Below are positions 1 through 15,750 of a stretch of DNA of 64,000 bases, piece after piece. The notes beneath the pieces were generated by a model. It was not told the DNA's origin. It worked only from the letters and a program-made list of their open reading frames with translations, and did not search any database. A program made the translations under genes and the position numbers. The DNA lies in the NCBI RefSeq assembly GCF_009914755.1, contig NC_060933.1, one strand, 5' to 3'. The stretch comes from the human T2T-CHM13v2.0 reference genome, Homo sapiens. The stretch's first letter is position 1, and each line of letters begins with the position of its first letter.

Positions 1-3000
1 GTTCCATTCCATTCCATTCCATTCCATTACAATTCCTTCCATTCCATTCTATTCCGTACCATTCCATTCCATTCCATACCATTCCATTCCATTCCATTCC
101 ATTCGATTCCATTCCATTCCCCTGCACTCGCGTTGATTCCATTCCATTCCATTCCATTCCATTTCATTCCATTCCTTTCCGTTCCATTCCATTCCATTCC
201 ATTGCATTCCGTTCCGTTCCGTTCCATTCCATTCCATTCCATTCTATTCGGGTTAATTCCATTCCATTCCATTCCATTGCAATCGAGTTGATTCCATTCC
301 ATTCCATTCCATTCCATTCCATTCATTTCCATTCCATTACGGATGATTCCATTCCATTGCATTCCATTCCATTCCATTCCCCTGTACTCGGGTTAATTCC
401 ATTCCATTCCATTCCATTCCATTCCGTTCCGTTCCGTTCCATTCCATTCCATTCTATTCGAGTTAATTTCATTCCATTCCATTCCATTCCATTCCAATCG
501 AGTTGATTCCATTCCATTCCATTCCATTCCATTCCATTCCATTCCACTCCATTCCAGTCCTTTCCATTCCATTCCACTCGGGTTGATTCCATAGTATTCC
601 TTTCCATTCCATTCCATTCCATTTCAATCGAGTTCATTCCATTGCTTTGCATTCCATTCCATTCCATTCCATTCCGGATGATTCCATTCCATTGCATTCC
701 ATTACATTCCATTCCCCTGCACTCGGGTTGATTCCATTCCATTCCACTCCATTCCGTTCCATTCCATTCCATTCCATTGTATTCCGGTTAATTTCATTCC
801 ATTCCATTCCATTCCATTCCATTCCATTCCATTCCAATCCATTACAATCGAGTTGATTCCATTCCATTCCATGCAATTCCATTCCAGTCCTTTGCATTCC
901 ATTCCACTCAGGTTGATTCCATTCTATTAGTTTCCATTCCTTTCCATTCCCTTCCATTCCACTCTGGTTGATTCCATTCCTTTCCATTCCACTCGAATAC
1001 ATTCCCTCCTATTCCACTCGGAACGATTCCATTCCATTCCATTCCATTCAATTCCATTCCGTTCTATTCCATTCCATTCCATTCCATTTCGTTCCATTCC
1101 ATTCTATTCCGTACCATTCCATTGCATTCCATTCCATTCCATTCCATTCCATTCCACTCGTGTTGATTCCATTCCTTTCCATTCCATTCGGTATGAAGGC
1201 ATTCCATTCCATTCAATTCCATTCCATTCCATTCCATTCCATTCCATTCCATTCCATTCCATTCCATTCCATTGTACTCGGGTTGATTCCATTCCATTGC
1301 ATTCCATTCCATTCCATTCCGTTGCATTCCATTCCATTACATTCGGATTGATTCTATTCAACTCCCTTAATCTCCATTACATTCCATTCCATTCGGGTTG
1401 TTCCATTCCATTCCATTCCATTCCACTCCATTCCATTGCCCTCGGGTTGATTCCATTCCATTCCATTCCATTCCATTCCATTCCATTACAATTCCTTCCA
1501 TTCCATTCTATTCCGTACCATTCCATTCCATTCCATACCATTCCATTCCATTCCATTCCATTCCATTCCGTTCCATTCCGTTCCATTCCATTCCATTCCA
1601 TTCCATTCTATTCGGGTTAATTCCATTCCGTTCCATTCCATTCCATTCTATTCCATTCCATTTCAATCGAGATGAATCCATTGCATTTCATTCCATTCCA
1701 TTCCATTCCATTCCATTGCATTCCATTCCATTCCATTCCATTCCATTCCATTCCATTCCTTTCCGTTCCATTCCATTCCATTCCATTCCATTCCATTCCG
1801 TTCCGTTCCGTTCCGTTCCATTCCATTCCATCCCATTCTATTCGGGTTATTTCCATTCCATTCCATTCGATTGGAACCGAGTTGATTCCATTCCATTCCA
1901 TTCCATTCCATTCCATTCCATTCCATTCCTTTCCATTCCATTACGGATGATTCCATTCCATTGCATTCCATTCCATTCCATTCCCCTGTACTCGGGTTGA
2001 TTCCATTCCATTCCATTCCAATCCATGCCATTCCACTCGTGTTGATTCCATTCTTTCCATTCCATTCAAGTTGAATCCATTCCATTGCATTCCATTCCAT
2101 TCGATTCCATTCGATTGCACTCGGGTTGATTCCATTCCATTGCATTCCATTCCATTCCATTCCATTCCATTCCATTCCGTTCCATTCCATTTCATTACAT
2201 TCAGATTGATTCTATTCAATTCACTTACACTCCATTATATTCCAATCTATTCTGGTTGTTTCCTTTCCATTCCATTCCATTTCACTCCATTCCATTGCAC
2301 GCGGGTTGATTCCGTTCCATTCCATTCCATTGCATTCCATTCCATTCCATTCCGGATGATTCCATTCCGTTGCATTCCATTCTATTCCATTCCCCTGCAC
2401 TCGCGTTGATTCCATTCCATTCCATTCTTTACATTCCGTTCCATTCCATTCCATTCCATTTGGATTGATTCTATTCAATTCCCTTACACTCCATTACATT
2501 CCATTCCATTCGGGTAGTTTCCATTCCATTCCATTCCATTCCTCTCCATTCCATTGCACTCGGGTTGATTCCATTCCATTCTTTCCATTCCATTCCATTC
2601 CATTCCATTCCATTCCATTCCATTCCATTGTACTCGGGTTGATTCCCTTCCATTGCATTCCATTCCATTCCATTCCATTCCATTCCATTCCATTCCGTTC
2701 CATTCCATTACATTCGGATTGTTTCTATTCAACTCCCTTACTCTCCATTACATTCCATTCCATTCGCGTTGTTCCATTCCATTCCCTTCCATTCCACTCC
2801 ATTCCATTGCACTCGTGTTGATTCCATTCCATTCCATTCCATTCCATTCCATTCCATTCCAATCCATTGTACTCGGTTTGATTCCATTCCATTGCATTCC
2901 ATTCCATTCCATTCCATTCCTTTCCATTCCTTTCCATTACATTCGGATTGATTCTATTGAACTCCCTTACTCTCCATTACATTCCATTCCATTCGGGTAG

Positions 3001-4339
3001 TTCCATTCCATTCCATTCCATTCCATTCCACTCCATTCCATTGCACTCGTGTTGATTCCATTCCATTCCATTGCATTCCGTTCCGCATGATTCCATTCCA
3101 TTGCATTCCATTCCATTCCATTCCCCTGCAGTTGGGTTGATTCCATTCCATTCCATTCAATTCCATTCCATTCCATTCCGTTCCGTTCCATTCCATTCCA
3201 TTCCATTCCGTTCCATTCCATTCCTTTCCGTTCCATTCCATTCCATTCCATTCCATTCCGTTCCGTTCCGTTCCGTTCCATTCCATTCCATTCCATTCTA
3301 TTCGGGTTAATTCCATTCCATTCCATTCGATTGCAAACGAGTTGATTCCATTCCATTCCATTCCATTCCATTCCGTTCCATTCCATTCCATTCCTTTCCA
3401 TTCCATTACGGATGATTCCATTCCATTGCATTCCATTCCATTCCAATCCATTGTATTCGGGTTAATTCCATTCCATTCCATTCCATTCCATTCCATTCCA
3501 TTCCATTCCATTCCATTACAATCGAGTTGATTCCATTCTATTAGTTTCCATTCCATTCCATTCCCTTCCATTCCACTCTGGTTGATTCCATTCCTTTCCA
3601 TTCCACTCGAATACATTCTCTCCTATTCCACTCGGAACGATTCCATTCCATTCCATTCCATTCCATTCCATTCCATTCCATTCCATTCCATTCCATTCCG
3701 GTTGATTCCATTCCATTGCAATCCATTCCATTCCATTCCCCTGCACTCGCGTTGATTCCATTCCATTGCATTCCATTCCATTCCGTTCCGTTCCGTTCCA
3801 TTCCATTCCATTCCATTCCGTTCCGTTCCGTTCCGTTGCATTCCATTCCATTCTATTCGGGTTAATTCCAGTCCATTCCATTCGATTGCAATCGAGTTGA
3901 TTCCATTCCATTCCATTCCATTCCATTCCATTCCATTCCTTTCCATTACATTACGGATGATTCCATTCCATTGCATTCCATTCCATTCCATTCCCCTGTA
4001 CTCGGGTTGATTTCATTCCATTCCATTCCATTCCATGCCATTCCACTCCTGTTGATTCCATTCTTTCCATTCCATTCAAGTTGAATCCATTCCATTGCAT
4101 TCCATTCCATTCGATTCCATTCGATTGCACTCGGGTTGATTCCATTCCATTGCATTCCATTCCGTTCCGTTCCATTCCATTACTTTCGGATTGATTCTAT
4201 TCAATTCCCTTACACTCCATTACATTCCATTCCATTCGGGTAGTTTCCATTCCATTCCATTCCATTCCTCTCCATTCCATTGCACTCGGGTTGATTCCAT
4301 TCCATTCCATTCCATTCCATTCCTTTCCATTCCGGATGA

Positions 4340-7300
4340 TTCCATTCCATTGAATTCCATTCCATTCCATTCCCCTGCACTTGGGTTTATTCCATTCCAT
4401 TCCATTCCATTCCTTTCCGTTCCATTCCATTCCATTCAATTCCATTCCATTCTATTCGTGTTAATTCCATTCCATTCTATTCCATTCCATTCCATTGAAA
4501 TCGAGTTGATTCCATTCCATTCCATTCCATTCCATTCAATTCCATTCCATTCCGGATGATTCCATTCCATTGCATTCCATTCCATTCCATTCCCCTGCAC
4601 TCGGGTTGAATCCATTCCATTCCATTCCATTCCATTCCATTCCGTTCCATTCCGTTCCATTCCATTCTATTCGGGTTAATTCCATTCCATTCCATTCCAC
4701 TCCATTCCAGTCTTTTCCATTCCATTCCACTCGGGTTGATTCCTTTCTATTCCTTTCCATTCCATTCCATTCCATTGCAATCGGGTTGATTCTATTCGAG
4801 TTGAATCCATTCCATTCCATTCCATTCCATTACATTGCACACAGGTTCATTCCATTCCATTCCATTAAATTCCATTCCACTCCATTTCATTCCATTCCAT
4901 TCCATTCCATTCTATTCCGTACCATTCCATTCCATCCCATTCTATTCCATTCCATTCCATTCCATGCCATTACACTCGGGTTGATTCCATTCCTTTCCAT
5001 TCCATTCTTGTTGAATCCATTCCATTCCATTCCATTCCATTACATTCGGATTGATTCTATTCAATTCCCTTACACTCCATTACATTCCATTCCATTCGGG
5101 ATGTTTCCATTCCATTCCATTCCATTCCATTCCACTCCATTCCATTGCATTGGGTTGATTGCATTCCATTCCATTCCATTCCATTCCGGATGATTCCATT
5201 CCATTGCATTCCATTCCATTCCATTCCCCTGCACTCGGGTTGATTACATTCCATTCCATTCCCTTCCATTCGTTTCCATTCCATTCCACTCCATTGCAAT
5301 CGAGTTGATTCCATTCCATTCCATTCCATTCCATTCCATTCCATTCCATTCCATTCCGGATGATTGCATTCCATTGCATTGCATTCCATTCCATTCCCCT
5401 GCACTCGGGTTGATTCCATTCCATTTCATTCCATTACATTCCGTTCCATTCCATTCCATTCCATTCTATTCGGGTTAATTCCATTCCATTCCATTAATAT
5501 TGCATTCCATTCCATTCCATTGCAATCGAGTTGATTCCATTCCATTCCATTCCATTCCATTCCATTCCAATCGATTTGATTCCATTCCATTCCATTCCAT
5601 TCCACTCCATTCCAGTCCTTTCCATTCCATTCCACTCGGGTTGATTCCAGTCTATTCCTTTCCATTCCATTCCATTCCATTGCAATCGAGTTGATTCCTT
5701 TCGAGTTGAATCCATTCCATTCCATTCCATTCCATTCCATTGCACACGGGTTCATTCCATTCCATTCCATTCCATTCCATTCCATTCCATTTCATTCCAT
5801 TCCATTCTATTCCGTACCATTCCATTCCATCCCGTTCCATTCCATTCCATTCCATGCCATTACACTCGGGTTGATTCCATTCCTTTCCATTCCATTCTTG
5901 TTGAATCCATTCCATTCCATTCCATTATATTCGAATCCATTCCATTCCATTCGAATCCATTCCATTGCACTCGGTTTGATACATTCCATTCCATTCCATT
6001 CCATTTCATTCCATTCCCTTCCATTTCATTCGGACTGATTCTATTCAATTGACTTACACTCCATTACATTCCATTCCATTCGGGATGTTTCCATTCCATT
6101 CCATTCCATTCCATTCCATTCCATTCCAGTCCATTGCATCGGGATCATTCCATTCCATTCCATTCCATTCCATTCCATTCCGTATGATTCCATTCCATTG
6201 CATTCAATTCCATTCCATTCCCCTGCACTCGGGTTGATTACATTCCATTCCATTCCCTTCCGTTCCTTACCATTCCATTCCATTCCATTCTATTCGGGTT
6301 AATTCCATTCCATTCAACTCCATTCCATTCCATTCCATTCCATTCCATTCCATTCCATTCCATTGCAATCGAGTTGATTCCATTCCATTCCATTCCATTC
6401 CGTTCCGGATGATTCCATTCCATTGCATTCCATTCCATTCCATTCCCGTGCAGTCGGGTTGATTCCATTCCATTCCATTCCATTCCACTCCATTCCGTTC
6501 CATTCCATTCCATTCCATTCCATTCCATTCCATTCCATTCTATTCTGGTTAATTCCATTCCATTCCATTCCATTCCATTCCAATCGTGTTGATTCCATTC
6601 CATTCCATTCCATTCCATTCCATTCCACTCCATTCCAGTCCTTTGCATTCCATTCCACTCTGGTTGATTCCATTCTATTCCTTTCCATTCCAATCCATTC
6701 CATTGCAATCGAGTTGATTCCATTCGAGTTGAATCCATTCCATTCCATTTCATTCTATTACATTGCACACGGGTTCATTCCATTCCATTCCATTAAATTC
6801 CATTCCATTCCATTTCATTCCATTCCATTCTATTCCGTACCATTCCATTCCATCCCATTCCATTCCATTCCATTCCATTCCATCCCATTGCATTCCATTC
6901 CATTCCATTCCATGCCATTACACTCGGGTTGATTCCATTCCTTTGCATTCCATTCTTGTTGAATCCATTCCATTCCATTCCATTCCATTCGAATCCATTC
7001 CATTGCACTCGGGTTGATTCCATTCCATTCCATTCCATTCCATTTCATTCCATTTCATTCCATTACATTCGGATAGATTCTATTCAATTCCCTTACACTC
7101 CATTACATTCCATTCCATTCGGGATGTTTCCATTCCATTCCATTCCATTCCATTCGGGATGTTTCCATTCCATTCCATTCCATTCCATTCCACTCTATTC
7201 CATTGCATCGGGTTGATTGCATTCCATTCCAATCCATTCCATTCCGGATGATTCCATTCCATTGCATTCCATTCCATTCCATTCCCCTGCACTCGGGTTG

Positions 7301-10300
7301 ATTACATTCCATTCCATTCCCTTCCATTCCTTTCCATTCCATTCCACTCCATTGCAATCGAGTTGATTCCATTCCATTCCATTCCATTCCATTCCATTCC
7401 ATTCCATTCCATTCCGGATGATTGCATTCCATTGCATTCCATTCCATTCCATTCCCCTGCACTCGTATTGATTCCATTCCATTTCATTCCATTACATTCC
7501 GTTCCATTCCATTCCATTCCATTCTATTCAGGTTAATTCCATTCCATTCCATTCCATTCCATTCCATTCCATTCCATTCCAATCGAGTTGATTCCATTCC
7601 ATTCCATTCCATTCCATTCCTTTCCATTCCATTCCAATCGATTTGATTCCATTCCATTTCATTCCATTCCACTCCATTCCAGTCCTTTCCTTTCCATTCC
7701 ACTTGGGTTGATTCCATTCTATTCCTTTCCATTCCATTCCATTCCATTGCAATCGAGTTGATTCCATTCGAGTTGAATACATTCCATTCCATTCCATTCC
7801 ATTCCATTCCATTGCACACGGGTTCATTCCATTCCATTCCATTAAATTCCATTCCATTCCATTTCATTCCATTCCATTCTATTCCGTACCATTCCATTCC
7901 ATCCCATTCCATTCCATTCCATTCCATTCCATGCCATTACACTCGGGTTGATTCCATTCCTTTCCATTCCATTCTTGTTGAATCCATTCTATTCCATTCC
8001 ATTCCATTCGAATCCATTCCATTGCACTCGGGTTGATTCCATTCCATTCCATTCCATTCCATTTCATTCCATTCCATTCCATTACATTCGGATTTATTCT
8101 ATTCAATTCCCTTACACTCCATTACATTACATTCCATTCGGGATGTTTCCATTCCATTCCATTCCATTCCACTCCATTCCATTGCATCGGGTTGATTGCA
8201 TTCCATTCCATTCCATTCCATTCCATTCCGGATGATTCCATTCCATTGCATTCCATTCCATTCCATTCCCCTGCACTCGGGTTGATTACATTCCATTCCA
8301 TTCCCTTCCATTCCTTTCCATTCCATTCCACTCCATTGCAATCGAGTTGATTCCATTCCATTCCATTCCACTCCATTCCATTCCATTCCATTCCATTCCG
8401 GATGATTGCATTCCATGACATTCCATTCCATTCCATTCCCCTGCACTCGGGTTGATTCCATTCCATTTCATTCCATTACATTCCGTTCCATTCCATTCCA
8501 TTCCATTCTATTCGGGTAAATTCTATTCCATTCCATTCCATTCCGTTCCATTCCATTGCAATCTAGTTGATTCGACTCCATTCCATTCCATTCCATTGCA
8601 TTCCAATCGATTTGATTCCATTCCATTCCATTCCATTCCAGTCCATTCCAGTCCTTTCCATTCCATTCCAGTGGGGTTGATTCCATTCTATTCCTTTCCA
8701 TTCAATTCCATTCCATTGCAATCGAGTTGATTCCATTCCATTCCATTCCATTCCATTCCATTCCAATCGATTTGATTCCATTCCATTCCATTCCGTTCCA
8801 CTCCATTCCAGTCCTTTCCATTCCATTCCACTCGTGTTGATTCCATTCTATTCCTTTCCACTCCATTCCATTCCATTGCAATCGAGTTGATTCCTTTCGA
8901 GTTGAAACCATTCCATTCCATTCCATTCCATTACATTGCACACGGGTTCATTCCATTCCATTCCATTCCATTCCATTCAATTCCATTCCATTTCATTCCA
9001 TTCCATTCTATTCCGTACCATTCCATTCCATCCCATTCCATTCCATTCCATTCCACGCCATTACAGTCGGGTTGATTCCATTCCTTTCCATTCCATTCTT
9101 GTTGAATCCATTCCATTCCATTCCATTCCGTTCGAATCCATTCCATTGCATTCGGTTTGATTCCATTCCATCGCATTTCATTCCATTCCATTTCATTCCA
9201 TTCCCTTCCATTACATTGAGACTGATTCTATTCAATTCCCTTACACTCCAATATATTCCATTCCATTCGGGATGTTTCCATTCCATTCCATTCCATTCCA
9301 TTCCATTGCATCGTGTTGATTCCATTCCACTCCATTCCATTCCATTCCATTCTATTCCATTCCGGATGATTCCATTCCATTGCATTCCATTCCATTCCAT
9401 TCCATTCTATTCCATTCCGGATGATTCCATTCCATTGCATTCCATTCCATTCCATTCCCGTGCAGTCGGGTTGATTCCATTCCATTCCATTCCATTCCAT
9501 TCCATTCCATTCCATTCCATTCCGTTCCATTCCATTCCATTCCATTCCATTCTATTAGGGTCAACTCCATTCCATTCCATTCCATTCAAATTCCATTCCA
9601 CTCCATTCCAATCGAGTTGATTCCATTCCATTCCTTTCCATTCCATTCCACTCCATTCCAGTCCTTTCCATTCCATTCCACTTGGGTTGATTCCATTTTA
9701 TTCATTTCCATTCCATTCCATTCCATTGCAATCGAGTTGATTCCATTGTTTTGCATTCCATTCCATTCCATTGCATTCCGGATGATTCCATTCCATTGCA
9801 TTCCATTCCATTCCATTCCCGTGCACTCGGGTTGATTCCATTCCATTCCACTCCATTCCGTTCCATTCCATTCCATTCCATTGTATTCGGGTTAATTCCA
9901 TTCCATTCCATTCCATTCCATTCCATTCCATTCCATTCCATTACAATCGAGTTGATTCCATTCCATTCCATTCCATACCATTCCTTTCCATTCCATTCCA
10001 TTCCATTCCATTCCATTCCATTCCGTTCCATTCCATTCCATTTCATTCCATTCCGGATGATTCCATTCCATTGAATTCCATTCCATTCCATTCCCCTGCA
10101 CTTGGGTTGATTCCATTCCATTCCATTCCATTCCTTTCCGTTCCATTCCATTCCATTCCATTCCATTCTATTCGTGTTAATTCCATTCCATTCTATTACA
10201 TTCCATTCCATTGAAATCGAGTTGATTCCATTCCATTCCATTCCATTCCATTCCATGGCATTCCGGATGATTCCTTTCCATTGCATTCAATTCCATTCCA

Positions 10301-11290
10301 TTCCCCTGCACTCGGGTTGATTACATTCCATTCCATTCCCTTCCATTCCTTTCCATTCCATTCCATTCCATTCTATTCGTGTTAATTCCATTCCATTCCA
10401 CTCCATTCCATTCCATTCCATTCCATTCCATTCCATTCCATTCCATTGCAATCGAGTTGATTCCATTCCATTCCATTCCATTCCGTTCCGGATGATTCCA
10501 TTCCATTGCATTGCATTCCATTCCATTCCCGTGCAGTCGGGTTGATTCCATTCCATTCCATTCCATTCCATTCCATTCCATTCCGTTCCATTCCTTTCCA
10601 TTCCATTCCATTCTATTCGGGTAAATTCCATTCCATTCCATTCCATTCCATTCCATTCCATTCAAATTCCATTGTACTCCATTCCAATCGAGTTGATTCC
10701 ATTCCATTCCGTTCCATTCCATTCCACTCCATTCCAGTCCTTTCCATTCCATTCCGCTCGGGTTGATTCCATTCTATTCATATACATTCCATTCCATTCC
10801 ATTGCAATCGAGTTGATTGAATTGTTTTGCATTCCATTCCGTTCCATTCCATTCCGGATGATTCCATTCCATTGCATTCCATTCCATTCCATTCCTGTGC
10901 ACTCGGGTTGATTCCATTCCATTCCACTCCATTCCATTCCATTCCATTCCATTCCATTGTATTCAGGTTAATTCCATTCCATTCCATTCCATTGCACTCC
11001 ATTCCATTCCATTCCATTCCATTACAATCGAGATGATTCCATTCCATTCCATTCCATACCATTCCATTCCATTCCATTCCATTCCATTCCGTTCCATTCC
11101 GTTCAATTCCGTTCCATTCCATTCTATTCGGGTTAATTCCATTCCATTCCATTCCATTCCATTCTATTCGTGTTAATTCCATTCCAGTCTATTCCATTCC
11201 ATTCCATTCCATTCCATTGAAATCGAGTTGATTCCATTCCATTCCATTCAATTCCATTCCGGATGATTCCATTCCATTGCATTCCATTCC
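4340..11290 (+). repeat. Variant sub-domain B with ~1-kb tandem units
   Basis: Private motifs TTGCACACGGGTTCATTCC, ATTCTTGTTGAATCC, CGGGATGTTTCC and AATCGATTTGATTCC. ATTCTTGTTGAATCC falls at ~5005, 5895, 6952, 7971 and 9095 (spacing ~0.9-1.1 kb). A further ~1076-bp offset pair lies at 9586/10662. Confidence 0.8.
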
Positions 11291-11599
11291 ATTCCATTCC
11301 CCTGCACTCGCGTTGATTCCATTCCATTCCATTCCATTTCATTCCATTCCATTCCGTTCCGTTCCATTCCATTCCATTCCATTCCATTCCATTGCAATCG
11401 AGTTGATTCCATTCCATTCCTTTCCATTCCATTCCATTGCCTTGCATTCCACTCGGGTTGATTCCATTCCCTTCTTTCCACTCCGTTACATTCCCTTCCA
11501 TTCCACTCGGAATGATTGATGCCATTCCATTCCATTGCATTTCATTCCATTGCAATCCATTCCAATCCATTCCGTTCCATTCCATTCCACTCGAGTTGA

Positions 11600-14150
11600 T
11601 TTCATTCCATTCCCTTCCATTCCATTCCATTCCGTTCCATTCCATTGCATTCCATTCTATTCCGGTTAATTCCATTCCATTCCATTCGATTGCAATCGAG
11701 TTGATTCCATTCCATTCCATTCCATTCCATTCCATTCCTTTCCTTTCCATTCCATTACGGATGATTCCATTCCATTGCATTCCATTCCATTCCATTCCCC
11801 TGTACTCGGGTTGATTCCATTCCATTCCATTCCAATCCATGCCATTCCACTCGTGTTGATTCCATTCTTTCCATTCCATTCAAGTTGAATCCATTCCATT
11901 GCATTCCATTCCATTCGATTCCATTCCATTGCACTCGGGTTGATTCCATTCCATTGCATTCCATTCCATTCCATTCCATTACATTCGGATTGATTCTATT
12001 CAATTCCCTTACACTCCACTTCATTCCATTCCATTCGGGTAGTTTCCATTCCATTGCATTCCATTCCTCTCCATTCCATTGAACTCGGGTTGATTCCATT
12101 CCATTGCATTCCATTCCATTCCATTCAATTCCATTCCGTTCCATTCCATTCCATTACATTCGGATTGATTCAATTCAACTCCCTTACTCTCCATTACATT
12201 CCATTCCATTCGGGTTGTTCCATTCCATTCCATTCCATTCCACTCCATTCCATTGCACTCGGGTTTATTCCATTCCATTCCATTCCATTCCATTCCATTC
12301 CATTCCATTCCGGAAGATTCCATTCCATTGCATTCCATTCCATTACATTCCCCTGCACTCGCGTTGATTCCATTCCATTCCATTCCATTCCATTCCACTC
12401 CATTCCATTGCACTCGGGTTTATTCCATTCCATTCCATTCCATTCCATTCCATTCCATTCCATTCCATTCCATTCCATTCCGGAAGATTCCATTCCATTG
12501 CATTCCATTCCATTCCATTCCCCTGCATTCGCGTTGATTACATTCCATTCCATTCCATTCCATTCTATTCCATTCCTTTCCGTTCCATTCCATTCCATTC
12601 CATTCCATTCCAATCCATTCCATTCCGTTCCGTTCCGTTCCATTCCATTCCATTCCATTCTATTCGGTTTAATTCCATTCCATTCCATTCGATTGCCAAC
12701 GAGTTGATTCCATTCCATTCCATTCCATTCCATTCCTTTCCATTCCATTACGGATGATTCCATTCCATTGCATTCCATTCCATTCCATTCCCCTGTACTC
12801 GGGTTGATTCCATTCCATTCCATTCCAATCCATGCCATTCCACTCGTGTTGATTCCATTCTTTCCATTCCATTCAAGTTGAATCCATTCCATTGCATTCC
12901 ATTCCATTCCATTCCATTCCCCTGCAGTCGGGTTGTTTCCATTCCATTCCATTCCATTCCATTCCATTCCATTCCGTTCCGTTCCATTCCATTCCATTGC
13001 ATTCTATTCGGGTTAATTCCATTCAATTCCATTCCATTCCATTCCAATCGAGTTGATTCCATTCCATTCCATTCCATTCCATTCCACTCCATTCCAGTCC
13101 TTTCCATTCCATTCCACTCGGGTTGATTCCAATGTATTCCTTTCCATTCCATTCCATTCCATTGCAATCGAGTTGATTCCATTGCTTTGCATTCCATTCC
13201 ATTCCATTCCATTCCGGATGATTCCATTCCATTGCATTCCATTCCATTCCATTCCCCTGCACTCGGGTTGATTCCATTCCATTCCTCTCCATTCCGTTCC
13301 ATTCCATTCCATTGCATTGTATTCAGGTTAATTCCATTCCATTCCATTCCATTCCATTACAATTGAGTTGATTCCATTCCATTCCATTCCATTCCAGTCC
13401 TTTCCATTCCATTCCACTCGGGTTGATTCCATTCTATTAGTTTCCATTCCATTCCATTCCGTTCCATTCCACTCTGGTTGATTCCATTCCTTTCCATTCC
13501 ACTCGAATACATTCCCTCCTATTCCACTCGGAACGATTCCATTCCATTCCATTCCATTCCATTCCATTCCATTCCATTCCATTCCATTCCATTTCGTTCC
13601 ATTCCATTCTTTTACGTATCATTCCATTCCATTCCATTACATTTCATTCCATTCCATTCCATTCCATTACCTTCCATTGTACTCGGGTTGATTCCATTCC
13701 ATTGCATTCCATTCCATTCAATTCCATTCCATTCCGTTGCATTCCATTCCATTACATTCGGATTGATTCTATTCAACTCCCTTACTGTCCATTACATTCC
13801 ATTCCATTCGGGTTGTTCCATTCCATTCCATTCCATTCCACTCCATTCCATTGCACTCGGGTTGATTCCATTCCATTCCATTCCATTCCATTCCATTCCA
13901 TTCCATTCCATTCCGGATGATTCCATTCCATTGCATTCCGTTCCATTACATTCCCCTGCACTCGCGTTGATTCCATTCCATTCCATTCCATTCTATTCAA
14001 TTCCATTCCATTACAATTCGTTCCATTCCATTCTATTCCGTACCATTCCATTCCATTCCATACCATTCCATTCCATTCCATTCCATTCCATTCCATTCCA
14101 TTCCATTCCATTCCATTCCATTCTATTCGGGTTAATTCCATTCCATTCCA
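11600..14150 (+). repeat. ~2.5-kb block duplicated at ~20740-23340
   Basis: Shared rare variants at offset ~9140-9185: CCACTTCATT (12016/21201), GCATTCGCGTTGATTACA (~12525/21695), GATTGCCAACGAG (12691/21861), TACAATTGAG (~13358/22533) and TTACTGTCC (~13782/22947). Confidence 0.85.
12307..12321. promoter_or_regulatory. Perfect three-unit heat-shock element ATTCC-GGAAG-ATTCC (first of ~40 copies between 12.3 and 62.7 kb)
   Basis: Matches the nTTCn-nGAAn-nTTCn HSF consensus directly. HSF1 binding to satellite III is established, but occupancy of this site is not shown. Confidence 0.55.
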
Positions 14151-15284
14151 TTCCATTCCATTCTATTCCATTCCATTGCAATCGAGTTGAATCCATTGCA
14201 TTTCATTCCATTCCATTCCATTCCATTCCATTCCGGAAGATTCCATTCCATTGCATTCCATTCCATTCCATTCCCCTGCACTCGCGTGGATTCCATTGCA
14301 TTCCATTCCATTCCATTCCATTCCATTCCCTTCCGTTCCTTTCCATTCCATTCCATTCCATTCCATTCCGTTCCGTTCCATTCCATTCCATTCCATTCTA
14401 TTCGGGTTAATTCCATTCCATTCCATTCGATTGCAATCGTGTTGATTCCATTCCATTCCATTCCATTCCATTCCATTCCCCTGTACTCGGGTTTATTCCA
14501 TTCCATTGCATTCCAATCCATGCCCTTCCACTCGTGTTGATTCCATTCTTTCCATTCCATTCAAGTTGAATCCATTCCATTGCATTCCATTCCATTCGAT
14601 TCCATTCGATTGCACTCGGGTTTATTCCATTCCATTGCATTCCATTCCATTCCATTCCATTCCATTCCATTCCATTCCGTTCCATTCCATTCCATTACAT
14701 TCGGATTGATTCTATTCAATTCCCTTACACTCCATTACATTCCATTCTATTCGGGTAGTTTCCACTCCATTCCATTCCATTCCTCTCCATTCCATTGCAC
14801 TCGGGTTGATTCCATTCCATTGCATTCCATTCAATTCCATTCAATTCCTTTCCATTCCATTCTATTGCTTTACATTCGGATTGATTCTATTCAACTCCCT
14901 TACTCTCCATTCCATTCCATTCCATTCGGGCTGTTCCATTCCATTCCATTCCATTCCACTCCATTCCATTGCACTCGGGTTTATTCCATTCCATTCCATT
15001 CCATTCCATTCCATTCCATTCCATTCCGGAAGATTCCATTCCATTGCATTCCATTCCATTCCATTCCCCTGCACTCGCGTTGATTCCATTCCATTCCATA
15101 CCATTCCATTCCATTCCATTCCATTCCATTCCTTTCCGTTCCATTCCATTCCATTCCATTCCATTCCATTCCATTCCATTCCGTTCCATTCCGTTCCATT
15201 CCATTCCATTCCATTCTATTCGGGTTAATTCCATTCCATTCCATTCGATTGCAATCGAGTTGATTCCATTCCATTCCATTCCAT

Positions 15285-15750
15285 TCCATTCCATTCCATT
15301 CCATTCCTTTCCATTCCGTTACGGATGATTCCATTCCATTGCATTCCATTCCATTCCATTCCCCTGTACTCGGGTTCATTCCATTCCATTGCATTCCAAT
15401 CCATGCCATTTCACTCGTGTTGATTCCATTCTTTACATTCCATTCAAGTTGAATCCATTCCATTGCATTCCATTCCATTCCATTCCCCTGCAGTCGGGTT
15501 GATTCCATTCCATTCCATTCCATTCCATTCCATTCCATTCCATTCCATTCCTTTCCATTCCGTTACGGATGATTCCATTCCATTGCATTCCATTCCATTC
15601 CATTCCCCTGTACTCGGGTTCATTCCATTCCATTGCATTCCAATCCATGCCATTTCACTCGTGTTGATTCCATTCTTTACATTCCATTCAAGTTGAATCC
15701 ATTCCATTGCATTCCATTCCATTCCATTCCCCTGCAGTCGGGTTGATTCC
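15285..15750 (+). repeat. 244-bp tandem duplication
   Basis: CCGTTACGGATG (A at 15321 and 15565), CGGGTTCATT, GCCATTTCACTCG and CTTTACATTC each occur twice, 244 bp apart. Confidence 0.85.

Noticed and set aside
2095-2125. Satellite II assignment from CATTCGATTCCATTCGAT
   Set aside because: This HSat2-like motif is confined to one cassette. The array is dominated by well-conserved CATTC runs with CAACCCGAGT-type motifs, which is HSat3.
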